Source: an uncultured Planctomycetota bacterium (GTDB taxonomy: Bacteria; Planctomycetota; Planctomycetia; Pirellulales; Lacipirellulaceae). Taken from it: a stretch of DNA of 64,000 nt. The stretch covers positions 1,280,001-1,344,000 of the forward strand of contig CAVRBU010000002.1 in NCBI GenBank assembly GCA_963719315.1, given 5' to 3'. The notes beneath the pieces were generated by a model. The model did not search any database and was not told the origin of the DNA. It saw only the letters and a program-made list of their open reading frames with translations. Positions within the stretch are counted from its first letter, which is position 1. Each line of letters begins with the position of its first letter. Both the position numbers and the translations under genes were made by a program. Shown piece by piece: positions 11,761 to 23,488 of the stretch.

Positions 11761-12663
11761 ATGTCTATGAAACAATATCGAACGGTCGTGCTGGTTGGCT
11801 TCCTCGTCGCGTCCGCACAAGTATTCACTGCTCACTTCGCCAGCAGCGCCCGCGCCGACACGCTCTATGTGTCAACTTACAGCAGCGGCACCGTCGAGCG
11901 GGTTTCGTCGAGCGGTGTCGCGTCCCTGTTTGTCAATACGCTCTCGACCAATCCCTATGGCGTGGCTTTTGACAGTGTGGGAAATCTCTTCGTGGCGGTG
12001 GGCAGCGACATCGAGAAGTTCACCCCCGGCGGTGTAGGCTCGGTTTTTGCCAGCGGGTTGCCGGGTGTTCAAATCGGCTTGGCGATCGATAGCGCGGACA
12101 ATGTGTACGCCGCCAGCAACAGCAATAACGCGATCACGAAAGTCTCCCCCGGCGGCAGCACCTCGAACTTCGCCACAGTTGCCGGCCCGCCCGGCCTTAA
12201 GGGTTTGGCCTTCGACCGCGCGGGCAATCTTTACGCGTCGAATACTCAGGATAATACGATCCGGAAGTTCACGCCGGCCGGTGTCGAATCCCTGTTTGCT
12301 AGCACGTTCTTGCATAACGCGTACGGACTGGACTTCGACAGCCTTGGCAACCTCTACGCATCCAACGCCGGCGACAACAATATTGTACGCTTTACGCCGG
12401 CGGGCGTCGGCTCGGTCTTTGCCATTGGCCTCAATAATCCCCTGGGGCTGGTCATCGACAGCGCCGACAACGTCTACGTTACAAACTTCAACAACGATAC
12501 GATCACGAAGTTTACGCCCGCCGGTGTTGGTTCGGTGTTCGCCAACACGGGCTTGTTGAGCGGTCCCGCGTACATCGCCATCGGGGTCCCCGAGCCCGCG
12601 ACTGGGGCACTACTAATCCTAGCGGCGGCTGGATGGTATTTCCGACGACGACGGGCCGCATAG
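11761..12663 (+). CDS. NHL-repeat PEP-CTERM protein
   Basis: Repeats GLAFDxxGNLYxSN..DNTIxKFTPxGVGSVFA; VPEPATGALLILAAAGWYFRRRRAA. Confidence 0.85.
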   Translation: MSMKQYRTVVLVGFLVASAQVFTAHFASSARADTLYVSTYSSGTVERVSSSGVASLFVNTLSTNPYGVAFDSVGNLFVAVGSDIEKFTPGGVGSVFASGLPGVQIGLAIDSADNVYAASNSNNAITKVSPGGSTSNFATVAGPPGLKGLAFDRAGNLYASNTQDNTIRKFTPAGVESLFASTFLHNAYGLDFDSLGNLYASNAGDNNIVRFTPAGVGSVFAIGLNNPLGLVIDSADNVYVTNFNNDTITKFTPAGVGSVFANTGLLSGPAYIAIGVPEPATGALLILAAAGWYFRRRRAA

Positions 12664-12717
12664 AATGCTCCATCAACTCATCCATGCGTGAGTCAGTCAG
12701 TCATAAATCGACCGATA

Positions 12718-12812
12718 GTTGACCCAACCGCGATGAGTAGCGTCTGGCGCCTGAATTCAAGCGGCCCATTTCCGACCTAATTCCCCTGCTCGCCAGACCG
12801 CCAATATTGTGC
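12718..12812 (+). repeat. Conserved non-coding trailer downstream of a PEP-CTERM gene, copy A
   Basis: Aligns with 22108-22201; core TGGCGCCTGAATTCAAGCGGnCCATTTCCGACC has one mismatch. Confidence 0.8.
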
Positions 12813-12957
12813 TCCCCAAAGGCCGTTTTGTCTCGGGAAATCAGACGCTTTTCGCAAAAAGTTAAATCAACGTCCTATCATCGCGGCTGTCGCAGTGGTT
12901 TACTGACGTCCCGATCCAATTGTGGACCGTTCCTCTATTGGCAACTGGAGCAACACG

Positions 12958-14281
12958 ATGAAATGTATTCCGAGTGCTATGGTAGTCGCTCTGTCATGCA
13001 CGGTTCGTGGCTCGCTGGTCGTGGCCGGCTCTTTCGTGTTCACGCCTGTCGTCGACACGTCAACGATGGTTCCGGACCAGGCGACAACCTTCACAAGTTT
13101 CGCCAATGGTCCACCTGTATTGGATGCAGGAGATGTCGCGTTCATCGGCGAGTTTAGTGGAGGGCACGGCTGGTATAAAAATGTGGGGGGCAGTCTTACG
13201 AAAGTCGCGGACACGAGTACTGTCGTTCCGGGTGATCCGTTGAGTCATAATTTTGACATCCTTTCTGCCGGCGACATTTCCATAAGTGGTGGTGAGGTGG
13301 TGTTTGCCTCGGGCCGAATCAGCGGAGGCCTGTTCCGCGGAATCTATACCGATGTCGGCGGCGCATTGCATCCCGTAGCCGACGCCAATACGACGATGCC
13401 TGGAACCGCTCAAAAATTTCAGCTGCTGCTGTATCCCAGCATCGACAACGGAAACGTGGCCTTCGCCGGCAGATCGAGCGGCACGCTGCGTGGAATTTAC
13501 ACGGACCTCGGCGGCACATTGCGCCCGTGGATTCCAATGCGTCTTCGCAGAACCATGGACGCACCTCCCTGGATAGTGGCAACATTGCTTACAATTTCCC
13601 CCAAAACTCCGGCATCAAAGCCGAGATCGGTGGTGTCGTATCCACGATTTCGCCCACCGGTCTCGACCCCGCGATAAGTGGTACGAATATCGCCTTCGTC
13701 GGCGATTCGTTCGAGGCAATCTACGCCGATCTCGGGGCCGGCATCGTAACGGTGGCCGATACATCGACGATCGTTCCGGACGGCAGCGGAACATTTCAAG
13801 ATTTCGATAGTGTGTCGATTACCGGCAGCACCCTGACGTTTCTCGGTCGCGATTCAACTGGTCAAACGGGGCTTTATACGAACCTGGGCGGAACGCTGGA
13901 GAAAATCATCGCCGAAGGGGAGACGCTAGACGGACAGACAGTGATTCAGTTGTTCGCTAGTAGGGAAGCGCTAAGCGGCCAGAATGTCGCCTTCGCGGCG
14001 AACTTTGAGGGCGGCTCTCAAGCGATTTATCTAGCAACCTACCAGCCCCCGCTGGAGGGCGATTTCAATAACGACCACGTCGTCGATGCAGCCGACTACG
14101 TCGTGTGGCGCAAGACCGAAGGCATTCAGGCCGGCTACGACGCCTGGCGCTCCCACTTCGGTGAAACGGCCGGCAGCGGCACGGCGCCTTAGCGAATGCC
14201 ACCGTTCCCGAACCAGACACGCTAGTCCTGCTGATATTCGCGACGGCCGGCTGGTGCTTTCGGCCACTCCGGGCCGAATAG
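12958..14281 (+). CDS. PEP-CTERM protein with internal repeats and dockerin-like module (apparent frameshifts ~13527 and ~14187)
   Basis: ORFs 12922..13677 and 13527..14192 join (VADTST/GIYTDLGG repeats, GDFNNDHVVDAADYVVWRK). A third frame gives ANATVPEPDTLVLLIFATAGWCFRPLRAE*. Confidence 0.8.
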
Positions 14282-14407
14282 AAACTCCAAGCAACTCCAC
14301 AACGCGTCACACACGCCGAAATACCACCGTTTCCTCGGAGTCCCAAAGATCATTCCTCACCCGCTCCCCTCCAGCCAGGTGAAGGAAGCGGAACCGGCTG
14401 CGGCGGC

Positions 14408-14848
14408 CTACGGTACGCTCGATGTATCGAACCGTTCCCTTTTCAACGTCATCGAGCCGGAGATCGTTTTGTTGGCAAAGAAGCGGGGGATCACCCAGCT
14501 GTTTGTGTTGACGGGCACCGTGACGGCAACGGTCACTTCGCTGGTGTCTTTGGTAATCACCGTCGGAGTGACGCTGATTGTCGCGTCGCGGGCGAAGATT
14601 GAATTGAGCACCGCTTGGGCCGAATTGCGGCAGTCGTCGGCGGTGGCTCCCGGAACGATGCCGCGGCGGGCTCCTTCGTAGACCGCGTTCTCGATGCTTT
14701 GCCGGATCATGTTCACGCGGCTGAATTCGAGTGAGGCGAAAAAGAACATGAACAAAATCGGGGCGCAAATCGCAAACTCGACGACGACCGCAGCGGAGCG
14801 GGCGCGTGCTACGCGGGTCATTCGTCGTTGTCGGCTGTACGCGTACAT
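14408..14848 (-). CDS. TadE/TadG-like Flp pilus assembly protein
   Basis: AVVVEFAICAPILFMFFFASLEFSR...AVYEGARRG. Confidence 0.85.
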   Translation of the reverse strand: MYAYSRQRRMTRVARARSAAVVVEFAICAPILFMFFFASLEFSRVNMIRQSIENAVYEGARRGIVPGATADDCRNSAQAVLNSIFARDATISVTPTVITKDTSEVTVAVTVPVNTNSWVIPRFFANKTISGSMTLKRERFDTSSVP

Positions 14849-14878
14849 GGGCGTAATCTCAACTGCTTGTGGCGTGAG

Positions 14879-16051
14879 TTAGTCGGTGAAAACGACCGGC
14901 AACGTCAGGGCGATTTGCTCGAACGCTTCCTGTAATGCTTGCGCATCGGGGGCAACGTAATTGTTGCCGCCTGTCGCGTCGGAGATCGCTTTCATTTCTA
15001 CTGGATCGGCTTCGCCGTAAGTGATTGTGTGGATGATGATGTCCTGGGCGGCTGCCTGGGCGGCGACCACATGCGGGACTTGGCCTTCGTTGTAAGCGCC
15101 GTCGCTCATCAGAACCATCGTTTTGGCCGCATAAGGACGCGCGGACGGACCCGTCAACACCTGAATGCCTTTGGTAATACCCGCCGCGATGTTCGTACGG
15201 CCGTTGAACTTCGTACCCGAAAGGGTCGCCATCGCCGAAGTGACCGCGGAATTATCTTCGCTCAAGGGGCAATTGATGTCTGAGGCGTTGTTGGTGTAGC
15301 TGCAGGAAGTGTAATCGCTAGCGAAGGAGACCAACGCGACGTGCTCCAACTGGGGCGTGGTGTCGAGCGCATTAACGAAGCGGTCGATACCGATCGACAG
15401 TGCGCCCCATCGGCTCTGCGCCATATTGGGCGGCTGGCAGAACCGCGAATCACCCGTCGACATGGTTCCACTCGTGTCGGTCAGAAAGAGCTTCATCGAA
15501 CTGGAACGATCGACGACAATGCAAATGTCGCGGTCGAGGCGGACGACGGTTGCTGCTTGGACGGGTTGAAAGTCGAACACGTTGAACACCCGGCCGAAGA
15601 AAATCGGCACGCTGCCGGACGGGGCCTGGCGCGTGCGGCGGCCATTGACGCGGACCGCGTTGACCGGCTGCCCGTTCGGCGTAAAGGTCCAGGCGCCGCT
15701 CTCCTGCTGGCTCGATTTGCCGAAGATGACATCGGAGTCGTCCAGCAACAGCGGCTTGCCGGCCACGAGGTTCGCGGCGGCGATGTCTTTCGCGGCCTGA
15801 CGCGCGTAGTCTTCATCCTGGGCGCGGGAGAGGCCTTCGCCGGCGGCGCGGGCGGCCGCGTCGGCGGCAGAGCGGAGCTTGATCTTCGTGAGCTGCATAT
15901 ACGCTACGTCGACCGAGAACGCCACGCTCGCCAAAAAAACGATCATCATCAACGCCGCGAGAACCACGATCGCGCCGCGGCGGGTACGGAGCCACTTTCT
16001 CAAAATACTGCCTTGTTGTCGTCGTGTGCCGTTCATGGTTTGGTCTCTCAC
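14879..16051 (-). CDS. TadG-like pilus assembly protein with VWA domain
   Basis: RRGAIVVL..VAFSVDVAY..LRSAADAAA; VWA motifs DICIVVDRSSSM, TNIAAGI and VLMSDG. Confidence 0.88.
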   Translation of the reverse strand: MRDQTMNGTRRQQGSILRKWLRTRRGAIVVLAALMMIVFLASVAFSVDVAYMQLTKIKLRSAADAAARAAGEGLSRAQDEDYARQAAKDIAAANLVAGKPLLLDDSDVIFGKSSQQESGAWTFTPNGQPVNAVRVNGRRTRQAPSGSVPIFFGRVFNVFDFQPVQAATVVRLDRDICIVVDRSSSMKLFLTDTSGTMSTGDSRFCQPPNMAQSRWGALSIGIDRFVNALDTTPQLEHVALVSFASDYTSCSYTNNASDINCPLSEDNSAVTSAMATLSGTKFNGRTNIAAGITKGIQVLTGPSARPYAAKTMVLMSDGAYNEGQVPHVVAAQAAAQDIIIHTITYGEADPVEMKAISDATGGNNYVAPDAQALQEAFEQIALTLPVVFTD

Positions 16052-16150
16052 GTTCGCACCGGTGGAATCGTCGGGGGCTGTAGGTGCGGAAGTGCATCCC
16101 TCGGCGAAAACTACTCGATTGTGTCTTTACCCATTCATTCCTTCTGCCGT

Positions 16151-16564
16151 CTATTCCTTGACCATGGTTGTGGAACTGGCCAGCGTCTTTCCGCTGTAGA
16201 ACCACAGCGGTAGGAGCGCATTCGCGTTGCAAGGCGCGGAGACGGTGATCGTGACGTGGTCGCCACGGCTGGCGTTGGCGACGTTCGTGGGGCTGATCGC
16301 GACGCTGGCGCCCGTTACGCCGCGGTCCGTGATGATCTGGTTGCAGCGGGCCAAGACCGCGGCGTTGGTGCCGTCATAGTTGATCGCTACGCGGACGCCT
16401 TCGTAGCTGGTGATCGTAAGGCTGTGATCGAGAAAGATCATCGAACAGGCTTCGAGCGAGGCCAGCAACAGAAAGACGATGAGCGGCAGGCAGATCGCCA
16501 GTTCGGCCGCGGCTGCGGCCCGGCGCGTCGATTCTTGAGGCCCACGGGTGCGTGTTAGGAACAT
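16151..16564 (-). CDS. TadE-like protein
   Basis: RRAAAAAELAICLPLIVFLLLASLEACSMIFL..SYEGVRVA. Confidence 0.85.
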   Translation of the reverse strand: MFLTRTRGPQESTRRAAAAAELAICLPLIVFLLLASLEACSMIFLDHSLTITSYEGVRVAINYDGTNAAVLARCNQIITDRGVTGASVAISPTNVANASRGDHVTITVSAPCNANALLPLWFYSGKTLASSTTMVKE

Positions 16565-17387
16565 CTCGAAGTTTCCATCAGTTGACGACTTCTGCGAAAA
16601 CGCGTCGGCGGCGCGCGAGCACATGCGGCTGACCGGGTACGGGAGCCGAGTGCTCTGGCGAGCCGGTTGGACATATCAAAAGCGATGAATCGCGAATAGC
16701 GAAGCGCGACGGCAAGCCGCATGATTCACTAAACGCCAATTTGATCGTGTGCAGTGCGTGGCGGATTCGGACGAGTTGAAGATCCGCTACGGCAATGGGA
16801 AAAGCGAAAAGTGATGTAACTGAAACAATCGCGGTGGATACCACCATTGGAAGTGTAGCTCACAAATCGAGCGACCGCGGAGTGGACGCATCCCAGCAAT
16901 ACCGGCTCCACAGCGGCCGTGCGACGGCGGGCAACTTGGTGATTTAACGGTTGGCTCCGTCGTGCGGATTGTTCGCGTCTTCCCGTCCGACAACCGGATA
17001 ACTGCCAGCCTATCCGTCACGAGCCTTTTGGCCAGTTTTTTCCGCCGTCCGTTGCCGTTCGATGGGTCGCTTTCCACAACTATTTTTGGCCGTGCGACGA
17101 TCGCGTATCCGTCGTGCTGCGCGAGCCAATTTGCCCTCTCTGCCTTGCACGAACGGGCCTGGGCTCTCGTTGGTTCGGTCGGTGAAGTTGTAGCAGAAAT
17201 CGGTAAGACCCGCCGGCAAAATGTCGTCCGGGCAGAATTGAAATCCAAGAGAAAAAATCGAAGTTGCGACATTTTTGTATTGAGTGTTCGGCGCTGGCGC
17301 GGATAATGAAAGATCTGGCCGGTGGAGAGTGCACGCGCACGATCGCGTCGCACGGCTGTGTGTCGTTTTGCGCCTGGGAGACAGTGT

Positions 17388-18548
17388 ATGACCACCCGCT
17401 CTCGTTCAGCAGCGCGTCCAAGGGCTTTTACGCTTGTTGAACTGTTAGTTGTGATTGCGATCATCGGCATTCTCGTAGCGCTGTTGTTGCCCGCGATCCA
17501 GGCGGCGCGCGAGGCGGCCCGGCGAGCCCAATGCCAGAATCACATAAAGAACCTGGCGCTGGCGTGCCTCAATTACGAATCGACAAAAGGGCATTATCCG
17601 CCAGGATTTGTTAGCCAACCGCTCTTGTACGAGTCATGGGCTTGGAGCACGTTCATCTTGCCCTATGTCGAGGAACAGGCGCTCTACGATCGCTTGAGCC
17701 CCTCGGAGACTTTTCAACAGCCGGTCGATGCCAACCGTATCACGAAGCGCAATCTGGCCGACTTGCTCACAGCGAACAAGGACATCGCCCTGCTACAAAC
17801 GCCAATTCCGGTGTTTCGGTGTGCGTCGGATAGCACCCCCGCGTTGATTCCCGTACCGAATCCGCCCGACCCGCTCTACAGTTTCTGCGGGAGTGGCGGC
17901 GATCCGCCGCAGTGGTCGCGGCATTTCAATGGCCAATATGCGCCAGCCGGCTTTCAGCCGTCCACGTCGAACTACGTCGGCAACAAGGGGATGATCGACT
18001 CGACATGTTCAGGCACCGGCAGTGGAACACCCGCAAGTCCCTGGGTCCCAGACGAGGCGGACTGCAACAACAACGGCATCTTTTTTGGTAACAGCAAGAT
18101 CGGAACCAAGAGCATCGTCGACGGGACGAGCAAAACGTTTTTGATCGGCGAGCGAGACAAGTATTGCCTGGCGGCCACGTGGATCGGCGTCCGCAATCCG
18201 CCTGGCCCCGATATGTGGAGCTCGAATTGGGCTTTGGGACATACGCGCGATAAACCGAATAGCGCGTGCACCGGAAACCATGCCAACACGGATGGCGATA
18301 ATATGTGTACCGAGGGCTTTAGCAGTCCGCACCCGGGCGGCTTGTTCTTCGCTTTTTGCGATGCGTCGGTCCACTTCATCAGCGATGACATCAGTTCGGA
18401 TCCCCTGGCGGGGAACAAGCGTAACTGTACGGCCAATAAGACAGACCCCCTTTCGGTTCGGTGCAGGTCCACGATCGGGCCGAGTGTGATTGGAGTGTAC
18501 CAGCGACTTTCTTGGCGCGATGACGGAGAGGTAATCGACGATTATTGA
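17388..18548 (+). CDS. DUF1559 prepilin-type N-terminal cleavage/methylation protein (H-X9-DG-like C-terminus)
   Basis: AFTLVELLVVIAIIGILVALLLPAIQAAREAARRAQCQNHIK; DGTSKTFLIGE; FSSPHPGGLFFAFCDASVHFI. Confidence 0.95.
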   Translation: MTTRSRSAARPRAFTLVELLVVIAIIGILVALLLPAIQAAREAARRAQCQNHIKNLALACLNYESTKGHYPPGFVSQPLLYESWAWSTFILPYVEEQALYDRLSPSETFQQPVDANRITKRNLADLLTANKDIALLQTPIPVFRCASDSTPALIPVPNPPDPLYSFCGSGGDPPQWSRHFNGQYAPAGFQPSTSNYVGNKGMIDSTCSGTGSGTPASPWVPDEADCNNNGIFFGNSKIGTKSIVDGTSKTFLIGERDKYCLAATWIGVRNPPGPDMWSSNWALGHTRDKPNSACTGNHANTDGDNMCTEGFSSPHPGGLFFAFCDASVHFISDDISSDPLAGNKRNCTANKTDPLSVRCRSTIGPSVIGVYQRLSWRDDGEVIDDY

Positions 18549-18611
18549 CAACGATCTGGCTGCGACTGCTGGATTTGTCTTGGCTTTTGAAACTTTCTCG
18601 CTCCTTCAACC

Positions 18612-19004
18612 ATGCCGACAACGCGCTTTATTGGACTTGTCCTGGCATTGTTGCTGATCGCGTCGGCCGGTTGCGGCGGGAGCGCACCGCAGGTGGCGCC
18701 AGTCCACGGACGCGTGACGCTCGACGGGCAGCCGCTTCCCGACGCCAGCGTTGTCTTCAAGGAGTCTGATCGTTCGCCCAGCGGCGGCCGAACCGACAAA
18801 AATGGCAATTATCAATTGATTTACAAGCGCGGCGTCATCGGCGCCTTCATTGGAACGAATCGCGTTTCTATCTTGGAGGACACCCAGGTGACGCACCGAC
18901 CACAGCGCGTGCCGGCTCGTTACAATCAGAACTCGGAGCTGCAGCACGAAGTCAAGCCGGGTGACAACGAAATCAACTTTGATCTCACGACCGAAGGGAA
19001 GTGA
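18612..19004 (+). CDS. Carboxypeptidase-regulatory-like domain lipoprotein (typical DUF1559 partner)
   Basis: Lipobox SAGC; PVHGRVTLDGQPLPDASVVF..GRTDKNGNYQL..VPARYN..SEL..N..FDL. Confidence 0.88.
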   Translation: MPTTRFIGLVLALLLIASAGCGGSAPQVAPVHGRVTLDGQPLPDASVVFKESDRSPSGGRTDKNGNYQLIYKRGVIGAFIGTNRVSILEDTQVTHRPQRVPARYNQNSELQHEVKPGDNEINFDLTTEGK

Positions 19005-19112
19005 AAAGAAATGGGAATGGACATCCGTATCCGCCATTCCGAATCAGCAGTTGTTGAATCGTGAGCTTTTCCGACCCAATCCAACTATTGCTTTGCACAA
19101 AGGGATCCTGCC

Positions 19113-22084
19113 ATGACGTTCTACTCGAGAATCCGTTTCACGTCGTTCCAACTCCGTCTTGCGCGCGCTGCCGTGGTTGCCGCCGCCGCGTTCGCGTTCG
19201 CCCCGGCCGCCCACGCCGTCCTCTATTGGGACGCCGATAGCAACCTGGGCGGCGACGGAGTTTGGGATGTGGCGATCACGCCAAACTGGAGTACGACGAA
19301 TGCTCCGGGCGCTCCGGACTCCACGTGGACTCCCAATGACGGAACGCAGAACGCGGAGTTCAACGGCAGCACAGCTTATACGGTGACGATTCCGTCAGGT
19401 ACGACCATCAACGCGAATTCTCTCGCATTCGGCGTCGCGGCAGGAAACATTAAGATCACTGGCGGAACGGTCATCAACATCAGCGATCCGAACAATTCAA
19501 TCGTGATGAATACGAACCTCGTCGGCTCGTCGCGCACAGAGATTATCGAAACGCCCATTGGCGGCACGGATATCACAGTAGTGGCCAATCCTAGCGGAGG
19601 TGTGGGCGGAATTAATGCATTTGTGACACTGGGTCCCAACGCGACGACGGGCATCGCCAACACATTCACCGGCGACTTGATTTTCGGCGGGGCGCAGCCA
19701 GCGGGAGGTTTGACGCAAATCAACATCAATAACCAAGACGCTCTGCCGATCACGGCGACGGTAAGGATGAAACACGATCTCAGTCAGCTTCTGTTCCAGG
19801 CGGGAGGAGCTGCGGGGGGCACGGCCTACAGCCACACATTCAATAACAATATCATTCTTAATGACAGCGGCAGCGGTAAGTTCGGGCGGGTTGGCGTCGG
19901 CGTATCCAGTTCGGCCTCGGTGATTACGCTCGCCGGCGTCATCTCCGGAGACGCCAATTTCGTGGTCGAGCTCGGCAACGGCGGCGGCCAGGGCACCATT
20001 GTCCTGGCCAACCAGGAGACGTACACCGGCTCTACCCAGATCAATACGGCCAACAGCGGGAAGGGAACCCTCCGCCTGGGACTGGACAACGCGATTCCAG
20101 TGGGCTCGACGTTGATTGCGGGCCGGGGCAACTTCGATCTGGCAGGATTCAACCAGCAAGTCGGCGGCCTCGCTGGCACCTCCGCCGCCGGCTGGATTTC
20201 CAATACGGGTGGGAGTACTTCCACGCTAACCGTCAGCGGCGAATTGAACGGCACTTTTGTAGGCACAATCGGCGCTGTCGGCTCGAACCTGCCCGGGTCG
20301 AACGACAACGAAGCCATAGTGCTGGCCTCCACAAACACCGGCAGCGTGACTCTTAGTGGCAACGGAAACTCGTACAGCGGTGGCACCACGATTAGTGGCG
20401 GTAAACTTTTCGCCGCTAACGCGACCAACACGAACTCGGCTACCGGCGTCGGCCCGGTCACGGTCAATGGCGGCGGCACGCTCGGCGGCAACGGCAGCGT
20501 CGGCGACAATTTGCTGTTCGTAGGGACCGGGAGACGTCTCCGTCAATTCAGGCGGTCATCTGCAACCCGGCTTGAGGACCGGCAACCTGATCGGTACCCT
20601 GACCGTTTTCAACGCTCTGACGCTCAACAGCGGTTCTAATCTCGACATGGATCTGGGCGCTCCTGCGCACCGGCGGAGGCACGAGCGACCGCATTGATAT
20701 GCCCGACGCCTATTCCAATGGCGGCTTTGCCCTGACCGTGCCCGCCGCGGCAAGTAGCATTGGCGTCAATCTCAGCGACCCAGCCGGCGGCGCCGCGGGC
20801 AACGGCACCTACACGCTCATGTCCTTTCAGGCAGGCAAGTACACCGGCAGCAGCAATGCCAGTCAGTTTCACACTAGCTCCATGCCCAGCCCTAACAGCC
20901 TCAACGGCGCGACGATCGCCTACCACCTGGCCGACGACAGCAACACGATTCAGGATGGCAACCCGAGCGCCGCTACGCGAGTAATCGTGACGATTACCGG
21001 GGGACCGAATGCGTTGCTATGGACCGGTGCGTCAAGCGGCACTTGGGACGTGGGCCCTCCTAACAATTTCACGAACGTCGGCACCGGCAGCAGCAGCGCG
21101 TTCGCTGCCAACGACAACGTCACGTTTGATGACACGGGCGCTAACACAGATCCTATTACCGTCGCGACCGGCGGCGTTCAGCCGAACATTGTGACCGTGA
21201 ACAACACCAATACCGCCTACACTTTCTCCGGCGGCGAGATCAAGGGGAGCAGCGTCGGCGGCGGCGGTGGGATGTTCTTGAGAGGCACGGGTGCCGTTAC
21301 GATCAATAGCAATTACACCGCCGCGGGGCCGATCACCAGCAACAAAACGGGAACCGGCACGGCCACCTTCAACGGAAACATTACGGCTGCCACGTCCCTG
21401 ACGGTCAACGGCGGAACGGTCACGCTCGCCGGCGCCAACACGTACACCGGCGATAACACCGTCAACGGTGGTTCGCTAGCCGTTCAGGGCGCGTCGGCCA
21501 CCTTCGGTGGCGGAAACCTGTCCGTTAATGCGGGCAGCGCCAGCATCGCGGCCGGCGTTGCAAACGCAATCCTCGATACGGCGATCCTCACGCTTGCCGG
21601 GGGCGGAACGGCAAACACTCCTGACACCGGTTTCATCAGTCTAGACGCGGGTATCAATGAGCAGGTGGGCTCGCTCGTGCTGGGAACGACGGCGTTCACC
21701 AGCGGAACATTTGGCGCAACGGGCAGCGGTGCTCAAAACATCATGGATGAATACTTCGCTGGGATGGGCATCATCACGGTTATGGGCGGCCTGCCGGGCG
21801 ACTACAACCTCGACGGCAAAGTGGACGCCGCCGACTACGTTCTGTGGCGCAAAAACCCTGGCGCCTATGGCGGCTCCCCCGCGGGCTACGACACATGGCG
21901 CGCGCATTTCGGCCAGACCGCCGGCAGCGGCGCGGCCAGGTACCCTCTGGGTGCCTCCGCCAATTCGTTATCGGCGGCGGTGCCCGAGCCAGCGAGCTTT
22001 TTGCTCGCAATGCTCCCGCTAGTCAGCATGCTTTCCTGGCGGCGAAAGGCAAAGGTTCAAGTCTCAAAAGTCATTCGCGCTTAA
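19113..22084 (+). CDS. Autotransporter-associated beta-strand repeat PEP-CTERM protein (apparent frameshifts ~20532 and ~20668)
   Basis: Signal peptide; TYTGSTQI, NSYSGGTTI and NTYTGDNTV repeats; the bridging frame reads DVSVNSGGHLQPG..GTLTV; GDYNLDGKVDAADY; VPEP. Confidence 0.85.
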
Positions 22085-22107
22085 GACGAGACAGCAAACC
22101 ACTGTTC

Positions 22108-22201
22108 GTTGACCCAACCACGATTGTCCCGTGTGGCGCCTGAATTCAAGCGGTCCATTTCCGACCCAAATTCCCCACTCGCCAACCGCCCGATATTGTG
22201 C
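22108..22201 (+). repeat. Conserved non-coding trailer downstream of a PEP-CTERM gene, copy B
   Basis: Aligns with 12718-12812. Confidence 0.8.
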
Positions 22202-22214
22202 GACACGAAAACTG

Positions 22215-23488
22215 TCATGCCTCGGGAAGCCAGCCTTGGCGATATTCGCAAGCCCATAGGCTTTCGGCAGCCGGATTCTTTTGGATATGGCCGTTCGATG
22301 AGTCGATTTCGAGCGATTGGCCGGTGCGGCAGGCGATGTTGCCGAGGTGGGCGAGCAGCGTGCTTTTGTGGCCCTCCTGCACTTCGCAATTGAGTTTGCC
22401 GCCGTTCCGGACGGCCGCCAGGAAGTTGCTCAAATGTTCTTCGCCGGTCAGCTTGCCGTTTTCTTGCTCGACGACTCTGCGTTTCAGATCGTAAATCTTG
22501 TAGCCGCGGTCGTCGAGGCACAGCGTCCCCTGCTCGCCGCGCAGCTCGATGGCAATGCCATTATTCTCTTGGTACGAGGGCGACCAACTGAGGCTTTCCC
22601 ACACCATGGTGCGATCGCCGAAATCCCACGAGACGTTGTACGTATCAGGTGTTTCTTGATCGTCGTCGTACCGTAGTTTCGAGCCGGCCGCGGTGACCTT
22701 GGTCGGGTAATCAACGCCCAGCGCCCAGCGGCAAACGTCGATCGTGTGCACGCCGTTGTTGCCCAGTTCGCCGTTGCCCCAGTGCCAGAAGTTGTGCCAG
22801 TTGTACGGAATGACGTTGTCGCGATACGGCTGCGCAGCGCGGGGCCTTGCCATAGATCGTAATCGAGCCAGGCGGGTGGAGCGGTTTCCTTGCCGCGGCC
22901 GATCGAAGGGCGTTTATTGTTGTAGGTCGAGCGGGCATAGAGAACGCGGCCAATCGCGCCGTCGCGGATACGATCAACGGCCCGTTGATAAAGTGGATTG
23001 CTGCGGCGTTGCAGACCGATTTGCACCGCCCGCTTGGCTTCGCGGCCGGCGGCGATCATGCGTTCGCCCTCAGCGGGTGTGTGCGAGCAAGGCTTTTCGC
23101 AATACACGTGCTTACCGGCGGCGCAACCGAGAATCGTGGCCGGTGCATGCCAGTGATTCGGGGCGGCCACAAACAGCGCGTCCACGGATTTGTCATCGAG
23201 CGCGCGGCGGAAATCCTTGATGCCTTGGGGTGCCGGGCCACCGGCCGAAGTCGACGCGCCAATTCCCTTCTGCATGGCGTGTTCGTCGCAATCGCAGACG
23301 TAACCGATCATGACGCCCGGAAGCGTAACGAGCTCTTTGATCAATTGCGTGCCGCGATTGTTCGTGCCCATGATCGCCAGCACAACCGTGTCGCTGGCAG
23401 CGGCGGCCTGGGAAGTGCGGCGCAACGCCAGCGCCACGGTGGCCGCCGTGGCGCCAGTCAAAAATGTTCTGCGGTTGAGCGCGGTCAT
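22215..23488 (-). CDS. Tat-exported Gfo/Idh/MocA oxidoreductase (apparent frameshift ~22835)
   Basis: NRRTFL Tat motif; AAPNHWH, GKHVYCEKP and LDYDLWQGPA; continues in ORF 22215..22853 (WH..WGNGELGNNGVH). Confidence 0.9.
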
